A stretch of DNA of 64,000 bases from an uncultured Pseudomonadota bacterium (GTDB lineage: Bacteria > Oederibacteriota > Muellerivitia > Muellerivitales > Muellerivitaceae), in assembly GCA_963770835.1 (NCBI GenBank), contig CAVYRH010000005.1:32001-96000 (forward strand), read 5' to 3'. Numbering within the stretch: the first letter of the stretch is position 1; every line of letters starts with the position of its first letter. Below the pieces are notes generated by a model. That model made no database searches and had not been told where the DNA came from. It worked only from the letters and a program-made list of their open reading frames with translations. The position numbers were made by a program, and so were the translations under genes. Shown one piece after another: positions 1 to 10,292 of this stretch.

Positions 1-2
1 CC

Positions 3-1514
3 CAATCCAAATATGAAGTCCTTTATTCCCGCTTAGAGGAAAGGGACGCGGCAGAGGTCACCACCGAATTAAAAAAAGAAAACATCCCTTACCAAGTGAG
101 GGGTAGGGACAACCTCATCATGATTTTGGTTCCTTCCGAGAAGGTTTATGACACCCGGCTGACCCTGGCGGGACAGGGGCTTCCCCGTGGGACGGGGGTC
201 GGTTATGAGATTTTCGACGAACCCAAATGGGGCTCCACTGATTTCACCCAAAAAGTAAACTATAAGAGGGCTCTGGAAGGGGAACTTCAACGAACTATTG
301 GTAGTCTCCAGCAAATCGAAAGCGCACGTATCAACATCGTTATGCCGGAGCCGGAGCTTTTTACTGATAAAGAAAAGCCAACCACGGCTTCTGTCGTGCT
401 GGATTTAAAACCGGATGCTCAACTGAAAAAAGAGCAGGTCCGGGGGATTGTCCATTTGGTTTCCGCCAGTGTGGAGGGCTTGAAACCTGAAAACGTTAAT
501 GTGATCGACAGCAAAGGCAATATCCTTTCTGCTTTCATCGAAGAGGAGCAACAAGAGAACAATCCGGACAATCCCGACGGCAGCACCCTCACCCAACAGG
601 CCAAACTCGCCCTCCATCAGATGGAGGTTCAGCAGAGTTATGAAAAGGACCTGGAAGGCAAAATCACGGCCATGTTGAGCAAGGTGTTGGAAGGAAACAG
701 CCATTTTTCCGTGAAAGTTTCCGCCGAATTGAATTTTGACAAGACGGAAAGCGATTCGGAGACATTTGAGCCAGTGGTGGATGGCCAGGGTATTGCCCGT
801 TCCCAACAAACAAAGCGGGAACAATACGTGGGAGATGGTGGTTTCCCCGCTTCCATGGTGGGGGGGGTTCCGGGAACCGACTCCAACATACCGGGTTATC
901 AAGCTGTTGCTGGGAACAATGCTCAATACTCCAAGGAAGAAACGACCACGAATTTTGAGATTAACCGCACGGTGAAGCACGCGGTGGTGGCGCCTGGCGC
1001 GCCCAAACGGGTTTCGGTGGGTGTGTTTGTTGACAACCTCCAACCCCAACAGGTGGAAGCCATCAAGGCTGTAGTGACGGCGGCGGCGGGATTGGATTTA
1101 AACCGGGGTGATCAGGTGGACGTGGAAAACATGCCCTTTGACAACACCCGGGCCTTAGCGACTTTAAAGCAGGAGGCCAAAATGGAGCAGTGGGATATGA
1201 ACAAAACCATCCTCTGGATGGGAGTCCTAGTTTTGTTAGCCTTTGGGGTTTTGCTCTTCCTTCGGTCCCTTTTAAAGCCTAAGAAAGAAAAGCAGTATAT
1301 CGAAACACTTGAAGATGCCCCCGAGGAACCGGTCATGATGCCGCAGGTGGAAGACATCATTACCACGGATGTGACGGCGGAGGACTTGGCGCGGGCCGAA
1401 GCGGCCCGGGATGCCAAGAAGCGCGAGGCAGTGCGTAAAGAAGTCTTCGATATGGCGAACAAGAATCCTGAGAATATCGCTCAAATCATCAAGAAATGGC
1501 TCTCTGAGGAGTAG
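3..1514 (+). CDS. fliF: Flagellar M-ring protein FliF (5' end lies upstream of the window)
   Basis: Frame is open from position 3 (QSKYEVLYSRLEERDAAEV...). Motifs GYEIFD, RALEGELQRTI, ARINIVMP, PTTASVVL, GVPGTDSNIPGY. C-terminal TM and IIKKWL end. Lies directly upstream of fliG. Confidence 0.97.
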   Translation, partial: QSKYEVLYSRLEERDAAEVTTELKKENIPYQVRGRDNLIMILVPSEKVYDTRLTLAGQGLPRGTGVGYEIFDEPKWGSTDFTQKVNYKRALEGELQRTIGSLQQIESARINIVMPEPELFTDKEKPTTASVVLDLKPDAQLKKEQVRGIVHLVSASVEGLKPENVNVIDSKGNILSAFIEEEQQENNPDNPDGSTLTQQAKLALHQMEVQQSYEKDLEGKITAMLSKVLEGNSHFSVKVSAELNFDKTESDSETFEPVVDGQGIARSQQTKREQYVGDGGFPASMVGGVPGTDSNIPGYQAVAGNNAQYSKEETTTNFEINRTVKHAVVAPGAPKRVSVGVFVDNLQPQQVEAIKAVVTAAAGLDLNRGDQVDVENMPFDNTRALATLKQEAKMEQWDMNKTILWMGVLVLLAFGVLLFLRSLLKPKKEKQYIETLEDAPEEPVMMPQVEDIITTDVTAEDLARAEAARDAKKREAVRKEVFDMANKNPENIAQIIKKWLSEE

Positions 1515-1518
1515 GTTC

Positions 1519-2538
1519 ATGGCGGAAGGCAAAAAGAAAGCTGCTTTAACGGGTGAACAAAAAGCCGCGGCCCTACTTATTTCCCTGGGGCCGGAGCTTG
1601 CGGCCAAGATTTACCAGCATCTGAAGGAAGAGACGGTCGAACAGGTCACCCTACAGATTGCCAATTTAAGGAAGATTACCCCCGACGAAAAAGATTCGGT
1701 GATGCAGGAAGTTCTCAACATCGCCGCCGCGCAAGAATACATCTCCCAGGGTGGCGTGGAATACGCCCACGAGATCCTTGAAAAAGCCTTGGGTGCCAAC
1801 AAGGCCATGGAGATCATCAACCGCCTGCAGGGTTCCCTGCAGATGACGCCTTTTGACTACATCAAGCGGACCGATCCCCAGCAACTTTTGAACTTCATCC
1901 AGTCCGAGCACCCTCAGACCATCGCCTTGATTCTAGCCCATTTGACGCCGGACCATGCGGCCACCATCTTGGGGGCCTTGCCGACGGATATCCAGGTGGA
2001 TGTGGCAACTCGCATCGCCATTTTGGATCGCGCCGCGCCGGATGTGGTTATGGAAATCGAACGGGTTTTGGAGCGTCGTATTTCCTCCATCTTTACCCAG
2101 GAATTCACGGCCGCAGGCGGCGTAAGGTCCCTGGCTGAGGTCCTCAACCGCGCGGATCGTTCCACGGAAAAGGCCATCATGGAAAAATTGGAAGAGGTCA
2201 ATCCCGAACTGGCCGAGGAAGTCAAACGCCTCATGTTCGTCTTTGATGACTTGGTGGCCCTGGACAACCGCACGATCCAGCAAATATTGCGCGAGGTGGA
2301 CGCCAAGGACTTGGCCTTAGCCTTGAAGGGAGCCAAGGAAGAGGTGAAGGAACATCTTTTAAAGAACATGTCGAGCCGCGCTAAGGCCATGATTCAGGAA
2401 GACATGGACGTAATGGGTCCGGTGCGTTTAAAACACGCGGAAGAAGCGCAACAAAAAATTATCAATGTCGTCCGGCAGCTTGAGGAAATGGGCGAGATCG
2501 TCGTCGCTCGTGGCGGCGAAGAAGAAGTCATGATTTGA
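1519..2538 (+). CDS. fliG: Flagellar motor switch protein FliG
   Basis: KAAALLISLG, EHPQTIALIL, MFVFDDL, GPVRLKHAEEAQQKII. ATG at 1519 chosen over the longer ORF-track start. Confidence 0.97.
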   Translation: MAEGKKKAALTGEQKAAALLISLGPELAAKIYQHLKEETVEQVTLQIANLRKITPDEKDSVMQEVLNIAAAQEYISQGGVEYAHEILEKALGANKAMEIINRLQGSLQMTPFDYIKRTDPQQLLNFIQSEHPQTIALILAHLTPDHAATILGALPTDIQVDVATRIAILDRAAPDVVMEIERVLERRISSIFTQEFTAAGGVRSLAEVLNRADRSTEKAIMEKLEEVNPELAEEVKRLMFVFDDLVALDNRTIQQILREVDAKDLALALKGAKEEVKEHLLKNMSSRAKAMIQEDMDVMGPVRLKHAEEAQQKIINVVRQLEEMGEIVVARGGEEEVMI

Positions 2539-2605
2539 TTTCGGTTGCTGCTTTTCGGCTTAGCTAACAGGCAACAGATAGTTGACGTTACGGGATGGGG
2601 ACAAA

Positions 2606-3547
2606 ATGAGTCGTGAGGTTCTTTCAAGCCGGGATTACCAATATTCACCCCAAGGGTATCTGGTCGACAACGCCCCTTGGCAGGAGGAAATCAAAAAAAA
2701 GATTGCGGAAGAGTTCCAAAAGAGGATTACGGAACCCCGCCCAACGTTGGATACGGACGAGTTCCAGCCTTTTTTTCTTCCGGAAAATCCGGAAGCTGCC
2801 GAGGTGACCGAGGCGGTTAAACCAGTCGAACCGTCGAGGGAAGAAATTGAGGAAAAAGCGAAAGTTGAAGCCGAGGAAAAAGCCAAAGCTATTGAACAGG
2901 CCGCCCGGAAAAACGCATTTGAAATTGTCGAACAGGCCCGTTGGGAAGCCAATGACCTGATTGTTAAAGCGAAAGAAGAGGCTGAAAAGGAAATCCAAGG
3001 CCTGAGGGAAACTGCCGCGGAAGAAGGCCGAAAACAGGGCCAGGAAAAGGGACGAGTCGAAGGACTCGAAAAGGGCCGCGATGAAGGCCGTCAATCTTAC
3101 GCTGATGCCATTAAGAAATGGAGTGGCATGGCAGAGGAGGCGGTCGCTGAACGGAAACGGCTTCTGGGTGAATTGCAGCCGATTCTAGTGGAATTGGTCG
3201 GGGAGGCGCTCCATCGGTGCCTGCAAAAGGAAGCGAAGCGTCATCACCAAATGGTATTGGATCTCGCCCAAGAGGTGATCAAAAAAGCCCAGGACCGGGT
3301 TCACTTAAAATTGCATCTGAACCCGGAAGACGTGGAGGAAGTAGAAGCCCAGCGAGAACAATTGCAGTTATCGGTGGGCGCGGGAGAATTGGAAATTGTT
3401 CCCGATGCCCGGATCGAGCGGGGTGGATGCGTTTTGGAAACCGAGGCTGGCTCAGTGGATGCCCGCCTGTCAACAGTGGTGGATCAAGTAAAGGAATCGT
3501 TGGGCATGTCGCTTAAGCAAAGCAGTCAGGGACCGGAGAAAAAATGA
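2606..3547 (+). CDS. fliH: Flagellar export ATPase regulator FliH
   Basis: GxxxG repeats (EEGRKQGQEKGRVEGLEKGRDEG) and C-terminal GGCVLETEAGSVDARL. Located between fliG and fliI. Confidence 0.93.
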   Translation: MSREVLSSRDYQYSPQGYLVDNAPWQEEIKKKIAEEFQKRITEPRPTLDTDEFQPFFLPENPEAAEVTEAVKPVEPSREEIEEKAKVEAEEKAKAIEQAARKNAFEIVEQARWEANDLIVKAKEEAEKEIQGLRETAAEEGRKQGQEKGRVEGLEKGRDEGRQSYADAIKKWSGMAEEAVAERKRLLGELQPILVELVGEALHRCLQKEAKRHHQMVLDLAQEVIKKAQDRVHLKLHLNPEDVEEVEAQREQLQLSVGAGELEIVPDARIERGGCVLETEAGSVDARLSTVVDQVKESLGMSLKQSSQGPEKK

Positions 3548-4884
3548 ATCCAGTATTAAATGACATTCTTCCCCCGATTGAGGATTTAAAAAAAAGGCTG
3601 CAAAACGTCGATATCACCCGGGTCAACGGCCGGGTGGAGCAAGTGGTGGGATTGGTGATTGAATCTTCCGGGCCAACGGCTTCCGTGGGGGAGGCTTGTT
3701 GGGTCACCGCCGCCGATGGAACGGGCGAGCCGGTCTTGGCGGAAGTGGTTGGATTCCGGCAACACAGGGTTTTATTGATGCCCTTGGGTGAAATGAGGGG
3801 TCTGGGTCCTGGCAGCGAGGTGGTGCGCACAGGGCAGCCATTTAAGGTGGCGGTGGGGAATTCATTGCTGGGTCGTGTGATCGACGCTATGGGAAAACCA
3901 TTGGACGGGAAGGGGGCCCTGGGGCCCACTCAGGAGAATTATCCCATCCACCGGGAGCCGCCGCCTGCCATGGAGCGCCGCCGCATCGCTATGCCGGTGG
4001 CGACGGGAGTTCGGGCGATTGACGCACTTTTGACCTTGGGGGAAGGACAGAGGTTGGGTATCTTCGCCGGTTCGGGCGTTGGAAAGAGCACGCTGTTGGG
4101 AATGATTGCCCGCAACACAGAAGCTGATATCAATGTCATCGCGCTGGTAGGTGAGCGTGGAAGGGAAGTTAGAGACTTTTTGGAAAGGGATTTGGGGGAA
4201 AAGGGGTTAAAACGAAGTGTGGTGGTGGTGGCGACTTCCGACCAGCCCTCCCTTATCCGAATTCAGGCGGCTTTGGTGGCGACGGCAGTGGCCGAGTATT
4301 TCCGGGACCAGGGCAAACGCGTGATGTTGATGATGGATTCCATCACTCGTTTTGCCATGGCCCAACGGGAAGTGGGGCTGGCCATTGGCGAGCCGCCCAC
4401 TACGAAAGGTTATACGCCATCGGTTTTTGCACTTTTGCCCAAGCTTTTGGAAAGGGCAGGAACAACGGCCCATCAGGGGAGCATCACAGGGCTTTATACG
4501 ATCCTGGTGGAAGCGGACGACATGAATGAGCCTGTGGCCGACGCTTGCCGGGCGATTTTGGACGGACATGTGGTTTTGTCCCGGGAATTGGCTTCCCAAA
4601 ACCACTATCCGGCTATTGACGTGTTAAATAGTGTGTCTCGCGTTATGCGGGATATTGCAGGAACCGAACAGATGGAAGCTGCGGCCCGCATTCGCTCCAT
4701 TTTGGCGACTTATAAGAGTGCGGAAGACCTGATTTCGATAGGGGCTTACGTGAAAGGAAGCAATCCTAAGGTGGATGAGGCTCTGAGGCGTTTGGAAGCC
4801 GTCCAAAATTTTCTCCGGCAACAACGCGAGGAAACCGCCGCATGGAACGATACGCTTCAAAAAATGAAGACCTTTTTAAGCTAG
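3544..4884 (+). CDS. fliI: Flagellar export ATPase FliI
   Basis: Walker A AGSGVGKST, GERGREV, DSITRFAMAQRE, GEPPTTKGY, ILDGHVVLSR. Confidence 0.98.
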   Translation: MNPVLNDILPPIEDLKKRLQNVDITRVNGRVEQVVGLVIESSGPTASVGEACWVTAADGTGEPVLAEVVGFRQHRVLLMPLGEMRGLGPGSEVVRTGQPFKVAVGNSLLGRVIDAMGKPLDGKGALGPTQENYPIHREPPPAMERRRIAMPVATGVRAIDALLTLGEGQRLGIFAGSGVGKSTLLGMIARNTEADINVIALVGERGREVRDFLERDLGEKGLKRSVVVVATSDQPSLIRIQAALVATAVAEYFRDQGKRVMLMMDSITRFAMAQREVGLAIGEPPTTKGYTPSVFALLPKLLERAGTTAHQGSITGLYTILVEADDMNEPVADACRAILDGHVVLSRELASQNHYPAIDVLNSVSRVMRDIAGTEQMEAAARIRSILATYKSAEDLISIGAYVKGSNPKVDEALRRLEAVQNFLRQQREETAAWNDTLQKMKTFLS

Positions 4885-4891
4885 GGGAAAC

Positions 4892-5383
4892 ATGGCAAGA
4901 CGGTTTCAGTTCCGTTTAGGACAAGTTTTAAATCTTCGCAAGCAAGTGGAAGAACTGCGAATAAGGGAACTGGCCCAGGCCAAAGGGGAGCTTTTAAAGA
5001 TTGAGGATTCCTTGAAGGCACATGCCGAAGAAGAACGAGCTTTTTTGGGACGGTATGGGGATTTTGAAAAAAACGGAGCCTTTAACGCCGACGATGTCAT
5101 GGCTTACTGCCAGTACAAGGATTGGCTTTTGAGGCGGGAAAAAGAATACCACCGACGTGAGCAGGAATGGATGAAGGAAGTGGAGCGGCGGCGGCAGACG
5201 GTCGTGAAGGCTTCCCGGGAGCGAAGACTTTTGGAAAACCTAAGGGAGAAACAACTCCGCGCTCATGCCCAGGAAGTTCTGGGAGAGGAACAGCGGTTTT
5301 TGGATGAAGTTTCGTCCATTGCTTTTGTTCGGAGGGCCAGAGCCCTTCAAATTGCGGATGTCCAGGAAAATTTAGGGAGGTGA
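4892..5383 (+). CDS. fliJ: Flagellar export protein FliJ
   Basis: N-terminal FQFRLGQVLNLR, coiled coil, C-terminal EEQRFLDE. Follows fliI. Confidence 0.92.
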   Translation: MARRFQFRLGQVLNLRKQVEELRIRELAQAKGELLKIEDSLKAHAEEERAFLGRYGDFEKNGAFNADDVMAYCQYKDWLLRREKEYHRREQEWMKEVERRRQTVVKASRERRLLENLREKQLRAHAQEVLGEEQRFLDEVSSIAFVRRARALQIADVQENLGR

Positions 5384-5387
5384 TATT

Positions 5388-6200
5388 GTGGATTTAGCAA
5401 CGGTCATTGGTCTTGCAATCGGCTGGATTGGGGTGGTGGGTGGTTCGCTGTTGGACCACTTGGATCCCCGTGCCCTTTTACAGTTGCCCGCCTTCGTCAT
5501 CATCTTTTTAGGGACATCCGGCGCTACCATGATGAGTTTCCCTCTCGATAGCATAAAGGAAACTTGGCCGGTCTTGAAAAAGGCCTTTAGGCGCCAGGAA
5601 CTGGATCCGGCCGCTATTGTCACCCAATTGGTGGGCTTTGCCACCAAGGCCCGCCGGGAAGGTTTGTTGGGATTGGAAGAGGAAGCGGAAGCCATTGCGG
5701 ATCCCTTTCTCAAGAAGGGCCTACAATTGGTTGTGGATGGTACGGACATTGAAATGATCCGCAATATCATGGAAACCGACATCGCTTTCCTTGAGTCGCG
5801 GCACAAGGTGGGTGAGAGCATTTTCGGGACCTTCGGCGGGTTCGCCCCGACGCTAGGTATCATCGGGACCGTTATCGGCCTTATTCACGCCTTGTCGTCC
5901 TTTGCCTCCGGTGAAGCCGATCCGGTCGCCCTCGTGGGCGCCATCGCGACCGCTTTTATCGCGACGTTTTATGGGATTTCCTTTGCCAACCTGATTTTCT
6001 TGCCTATTTCTTTCAAATTAAAACAAAACAGCCAGCAGGAAGTACTCTTGAGGGAAGTCATGCTGGAAGGCATTTTGGCCATCTCGGCCGGTGACAACCC
6101 CCGCATTGTCGAGGAAAAGCTGAAAGCCTTCCTGCCGCCGCGGATGAAGATGGATATGGAAGCCCAAAAGGCGCAAGGTGAAGCCAAGCCTGAGGAATAA
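5388..6200 (+). CDS. motA: Flagellar stator MotA
   Basis: ARREGLLGLE, GLQLVVDG, APTLGIIGTVIGLI, ATFYG, GDNPRIVEEKL. Confidence 0.96.
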   Translation: MDLATVIGLAIGWIGVVGGSLLDHLDPRALLQLPAFVIIFLGTSGATMMSFPLDSIKETWPVLKKAFRRQELDPAAIVTQLVGFATKARREGLLGLEEEAEAIADPFLKKGLQLVVDGTDIEMIRNIMETDIAFLESRHKVGESIFGTFGGFAPTLGIIGTVIGLIHALSSFASGEADPVALVGAIATAFIATFYGISFANLIFLPISFKLKQNSQQEVLLREVMLEGILAISAGDNPRIVEEKLKAFLPPRMKMDMEAQKAQGEAKPEE

Positions 6201-6242
6201 ATTTTGCGTAAGCCACGGTTAAAAGTGAACGGGGGATAATTC

Positions 6243-7016
6243 ATGCCGAAACGTAGAAAAGGGGGCCATGAAGCGGGATTGGAGTTGGAATCCGGCGGGA
6301 TGATGCGCTGGCTTTTAACCTATGCCGACTTGATCACGCTTTTGTTGGCCACCTTCGTCATTCTTTTTGCGACAGCCACCCAGAGCAGGGCCGTTGTGGA
6401 GGAAATCAAGGCCCAGATCCGGGCGGTTTTCGGCCCAATTCAAGGAAACACCGCCATTTTGCCTGCTCAAAGCTCGAACGCGGGTCAGAATTTTAAGATA
6501 ATTCCTGGTGAACCCCGGGAAGGTGGACCTGTTGGCGGTCCGGTACGTCCAAAGAGAGTTCCGCCAGGTGTGGCTGAAAGTGGTTATCAGCACGCCTTGC
6601 AGCCACAGCTGGGCGCTAGTAAGGTTTATCTTCGTAAGGAAGCCCGAGGCTTGGTCATAAGCCTTTTGACGGACAAAGTTCTTTTTGACATAGGTGATTA
6701 CCGTATCAAACCTGAAATGAGGGAAGTGCTTAACAAGATCGCGCCTCTTTTGAAGCATGATGCAAATAAGAAGATAGCGGTGGAGGGATACACGGACGAT
6801 CTTTCGGTCCATACGGGCAAAATGCCCAGCAATTGGGAGCTTTCAGCATTGCGTGCGACTGCCGTGGTGAGATACTTGGTGGATGAAAAAGGTTTAGATC
6901 CCAGCCGTTTTTCGGCGGCGGGATACGCGGAATACCAGCCTTTGGTTCCCAACATCAACGAAGCGAACCGTCGGATGAACCGCCGGGTCGACATTGTCAT
7001 TATGAATTTGAATTAA
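6243..7016 (+). CDS. motB: Flagellar stator MotB (OmpA-like PG-binding domain)
   Basis: WLLTYADLITLLL TM with the conserved Asp, VEGYTDD, NWELSALRA, NRRVDI. Confidence 0.96.
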   Translation: MPKRRKGGHEAGLELESGGMMRWLLTYADLITLLLATFVILFATATQSRAVVEEIKAQIRAVFGPIQGNTAILPAQSSNAGQNFKIIPGEPREGGPVGGPVRPKRVPPGVAESGYQHALQPQLGASKVYLRKEARGLVISLLTDKVLFDIGDYRIKPEMREVLNKIAPLLKHDANKKIAVEGYTDDLSVHTGKMPSNWELSALRATAVVRYLVDEKGLDPSRFSAAGYAEYQPLVPNINEANRRMNRRVDIVIMNLN

Positions 7017-7032
7017 TAGATTAAAAGGAGGG

Positions 7033-7515
7033 ATGAAAATGGCAGATCAAGGCGAGAGGGGCACAAGGGGGTTGTTGACGATTTTGTTGGCCATTAGCGC
7101 GGTGACCCTGATTGGGTTGATCGGTCTGGGGTCCTTGGTCTTAACCAAGGTGGGCGCTATGGCCGACAGCAAAAAGGAAGCCAAGGTCATCGAGCAGAAG
7201 CCCGAACCGGGAAAGATTTATAACCTGGGGGTTTTTACGGTGAACTTGGCCGACGAAGAAGCTTCCCGCTATGTCCGGGCCGAAGTGCAATTGGAGTACA
7301 GCCCGGTAAACCCTGAACTGGACAAGGAGATCAAGTTGCGGGACGCTCAGTTCAAAGACATGGTCAACAGCCTTTTGAACGACCGCAAGGCGGCGGAGTT
7401 ATCCACTTCCGAAGGTAAAGAACAATTTCGCCGGGAACTTCAGTTGAAGATCAACGAAGCCCTAAAATTCGGGGCCATTACGAACGTATTTCTGACACAA
7501 TTCGCGGTCCAATAA
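7033..7515 (+). CDS. fliL: Flagellar basal body-associated protein FliL
   Basis: N-terminal TM, FTVNLAD, ELSTSEGKEQFR, C-terminal VFLTQFAVQ. Confidence 0.93.
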   Translation: MKMADQGERGTRGLLTILLAISAVTLIGLIGLGSLVLTKVGAMADSKKEAKVIEQKPEPGKIYNLGVFTVNLADEEASRYVRAEVQLEYSPVNPELDKEIKLRDAQFKDMVNSLLNDRKAAELSTSEGKEQFRRELQLKINEALKFGAITNVFLTQFAVQ

Positions 7516-7551
7516 GGCTGTCCGGATTGAGCGGGGAAAGGGGGGGTACAC

Positions 7552-8586
7552 ATGGATGATTTGCTATCCGACGGCGAGGTAAGTGCGCTACTTTCCGAAC
7601 TGGATGTCGGGATGGCGGGCGGGGGTGCCCCTGAGGCTTCTTCTTCCGCCGCTGCTGCGGCTCCGGAAGCCGGCATCACGGTGGATGAGCAGGGTCGAAA
7701 GATCAAGACCTATGACTTCAACCGCCCGAACCGCTTTTCCAAAGACCATATGCGGACCCTGGAGATGCTCCATGAGATTTTTTCTCGTGGGTTTACGGCA
7801 TCGGTGGCGGCCTATTTGCGGACGGTGGCGGAAATCAAGGTGGTTTCGGTTACCCAACTGCCTTTCCGGGAATACACCATGTCATTGCCCCGGCCCGACT
7901 GTATTTTCGTCCTGAAAATGGAACCTTTGGACGGTTCTTTTCTTTTGGAGATGAATCCCGAATTAGTCTTGACTTTGATTGACCGTATCTTGGGGGGGCC
8001 TGGCAAGGCTCCCAATGCCTCGAGGGAATTGACGCTCATCGAGCAATCAGTCATCGAGAAAATCGTCAACAGGGGTTTGGAAACTCTCCAGGAGGCTTGG
8101 TTGAAAGTCGGTCATTTCCAACCCAAACTGACGGGGTACGAAACCACGGCCCAGTTCGTCCAGATCGTTGCGCCCAATGAAATCGCGGCGGTCATCGAAT
8201 TTGAAGTCAAGGTGAACGAGGTGACCGGTAAGATGTCCATGTGTATTCCCTACGTTGTTCTGGAACCGATTATCGGCGATTTGTCGGCCCAAAAATGGTT
8301 CACGGTTGGGAAAAAGGAATCGACGGCGGAGACGGTGGAAAGTCTCACCAAGGTTATGCGGGAAGCCATGATGCCCATCGTGGTCCGGGTCGGGGCGGCG
8401 CAAATTACGGTTCAGGAAATGCTTCGGTTAAAAGCGGGTGACGTGATCCGTTTAAATACCAGCCCCCATCATGAAATTGAAGTGTTGATCGAAGGGTTGG
8501 TTAAATTGAAGGGGCGCCCCGGTGTTTCCTCTAAAAAGAAGGCCTTGCAAGTAACAAAGGTTTATTCGCCGGAAGAAAAAATTTAA
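7552..8586 (+). CDS. fliM: Flagellar motor switch protein FliM
   Basis: [40 protein letters not shown]-terminal SpoA domain. Confidence 0.96.
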   Translation: MDDLLSDGEVSALLSELDVGMAGGGAPEASSSAAAAAPEAGITVDEQGRKIKTYDFNRPNRFSKDHMRTLEMLHEIFSRGFTASVAAYLRTVAEIKVVSVTQLPFREYTMSLPRPDCIFVLKMEPLDGSFLLEMNPELVLTLIDRILGGPGKAPNASRELTLIEQSVIEKIVNRGLETLQEAWLKVGHFQPKLTGYETTAQFVQIVAPNEIAAVIEFEVKVNEVTGKMSMCIPYVVLEPIIGDLSAQKWFTVGKKESTAETVESLTKVMREAMMPIVVRVGAAQITVQEMLRLKAGDVIRLNTSPHHEIEVLIEGLVKLKGRPGVSSKKKALQVTKVYSPEEKI

Positions 8587-8600
8587 GAACGAAGGTTTTC

Positions 8601-9572
8601 ATGCCCGACACGGCTAAACTTCAAAATTTTGGGGAGGAAGTGGCGTCTGATTTGGCCCAGGCCTTGACGGGCCTTTTGGGCCGCGACGTCGCGGTAGGGT
8701 ATTCCCAGGCCTCCAATACGAATTCGGGAACCATCGCTTCGTCATTGGACGCTCCTTTTTTATTTTCGCTCTTAAAAGGTTTGGGCGGCGTGGATGGATC
8801 GGCGCTTATCCTGATCAGGGAAAAGGATGCCTCCATCGTTGCCGACCTTTTGATCGGCCAAGATGGAACCAGCGCGCCCGAAAAAATGACGGAGCTCCAT
8901 CTTTCAGCCTTTGGGGAAGTGATCCACCAAATGACGGAGGTTTTTTCCCGGGGTGCAAAGAAGCTAGTCGGCACCAGGGCCCTTTGGGAAGTGGGGGAAA
9001 CAACGGCCGAAGAACCTTCGGCGGGCGGGCGTTTCCTGTCCCAACTGGGGAATTCGTTAACGGTCCTTTCATTCAATCTTTTTGTTCAAGATCTCTTATC
9101 GGGCGATTTATTTTTGTGTCTCCCTGATCCGGTCGCAGCGAAACTCGCTTCCGGCGGGGAAAAACCGGCGGTGAGCGCGGGCGCTAGCGTCAGCGTGTCC
9201 GCTGGTTCCAATCCATCCGGTGTTTCAACCATAAACACCCAACCGCGGGCAGGAGGTGCTCAAGTGGAACAATTAGAGAATGAGTTTTCGGGATCGAACC
9301 GGCCAGCCGGGGGGAACATCGGTTTACTTTTGGATGTCCCCTTGAAGCTTACCGTCGAGCTGGGCCGTACCACCAAACTGGTGAAGGAAATCCTGGCTCT
9401 GGCGCCGGGATCAGTGGTGGAATTGGATAAACTGGCCGGCGAGGCCGTGGACATATTGGTCAATGAAAAATTAATAGCCAAAGGGGAAGTGGTCGTGATC
9501 GACGAGAATTTCGGCGTCCGAATCACGGAGATCATCAACCCTGAGGAACGGTTGAACGCGGTCCAGGCTTAA
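8601..9572 (+). CDS. fliY: Flagellar switch protein FliY/FliN (CheC-like domain plus SpoA/FliN domain)
   Basis: C-terminal [15 protein letters not shown]...[18 protein letters not shown]-terminal CheC-like region ending [14 protein letters not shown]. Confidence 0.88.
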   Translation: MPDTAKLQNFGEEVASDLAQALTGLLGRDVAVGYSQASNTNSGTIASSLDAPFLFSLLKGLGGVDGSALILIREKDASIVADLLIGQDGTSAPEKMTELHLSAFGEVIHQMTEVFSRGAKKLVGTRALWEVGETTAEEPSAGGRFLSQLGNSLTVLSFNLFVQDLLSGDLFLCLPDPVAAKLASGGEKPAVSAGASVSVSAGSNPSGVSTINTQPRAGGAQVEQLENEFSGSNRPAGGNIGLLLDVPLKLTVELGRTTKLVKEILALAPGSVVELDKLAGEAVDILVNEKLIAKGEVVVIDENFGVRITEIINPEERLNAVQA

Positions 9573-9599
9573 TCTGGGTCTGGAGGACGGCGAAAGCCC

Positions 9600-10292
9600 A
9601 TGCCCATGATTCGTTTATCCAAATGCAACCCTTGGAACCGTTCCTTTTTTCTGTTGGGGCTGGTTTTAGGGGTTTATCATTTTCAGCCCTTGGGGGTTTC
9701 GAAGGCTTTTGCGGACGTGAACCCTTCGTTTTACGATCAAGGTCAAAATAACAAATCCACCCCTGCATCGGTTCCCCAAACGATGTCGCTTCCCGAAGAA
9801 GCTCCTACACCCTCTCCGGGCCTTTTTTCCACATTGATGCGCGTGATAATGGCCTTAGCCGTCACCCTTGGGCTGATCATGCTGACCGTTTGGGGTTTGA
9901 AATGGATCTGGGGAAAAAAAGGTTGGAACAAATGGGTTGAGGAGGGTAAAGCGGTAAGAGTTCTGGCGACGACTTACTTATCCCCCCGGAAAACCATCTA
10001 TCTTCTGGAAGTGGGGAAGAGAATATTGGTGGTGGGAGTGGGGGGCGATCAGATGAACTGCCTGGACGTCATCCGTGAGCCGGAAGAGGTTGAGGCTCTT
10101 CTCGGTGCCACACAGCAGGGGTTCCCTAAAATTTTCAACCGCGTTATGCGGGGCAATGATACTGCTGACCAGGAAGCCGAGACGCGGCGCATCCTCGAGG
10201 AAAGCAACCAGGTCGTGGGCGGATATGTGGCCAAGTTAAAAAGTATCAAAAAAAAGAAGAACACCCCCGAACCAATGGACGACGGAAAATGA
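9600..10292 (+). CDS. fliO: Flagellar biosynthesis protein FliO/FliZ
   Basis: TM followed by VRVLATTYLSPRKTIYLLEVGKRILVVGV. Located between fliY and fliP. Start codon uncertain. Confidence 0.85.
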   Translation: MPMIRLSKCNPWNRSFFLLGLVLGVYHFQPLGVSKAFADVNPSFYDQGQNNKSTPASVPQTMSLPEEAPTPSPGLFSTLMRVIMALAVTLGLIMLTVWGLKWIWGKKGWNKWVEEGKAVRVLATTYLSPRKTIYLLEVGKRILVVGVGGDQMNCLDVIREPEEVEALLGATQQGFPKIFNRVMRGNDTADQEAETRRILEESNQVVGGYVAKLKSIKKKKNTPEPMDDGK

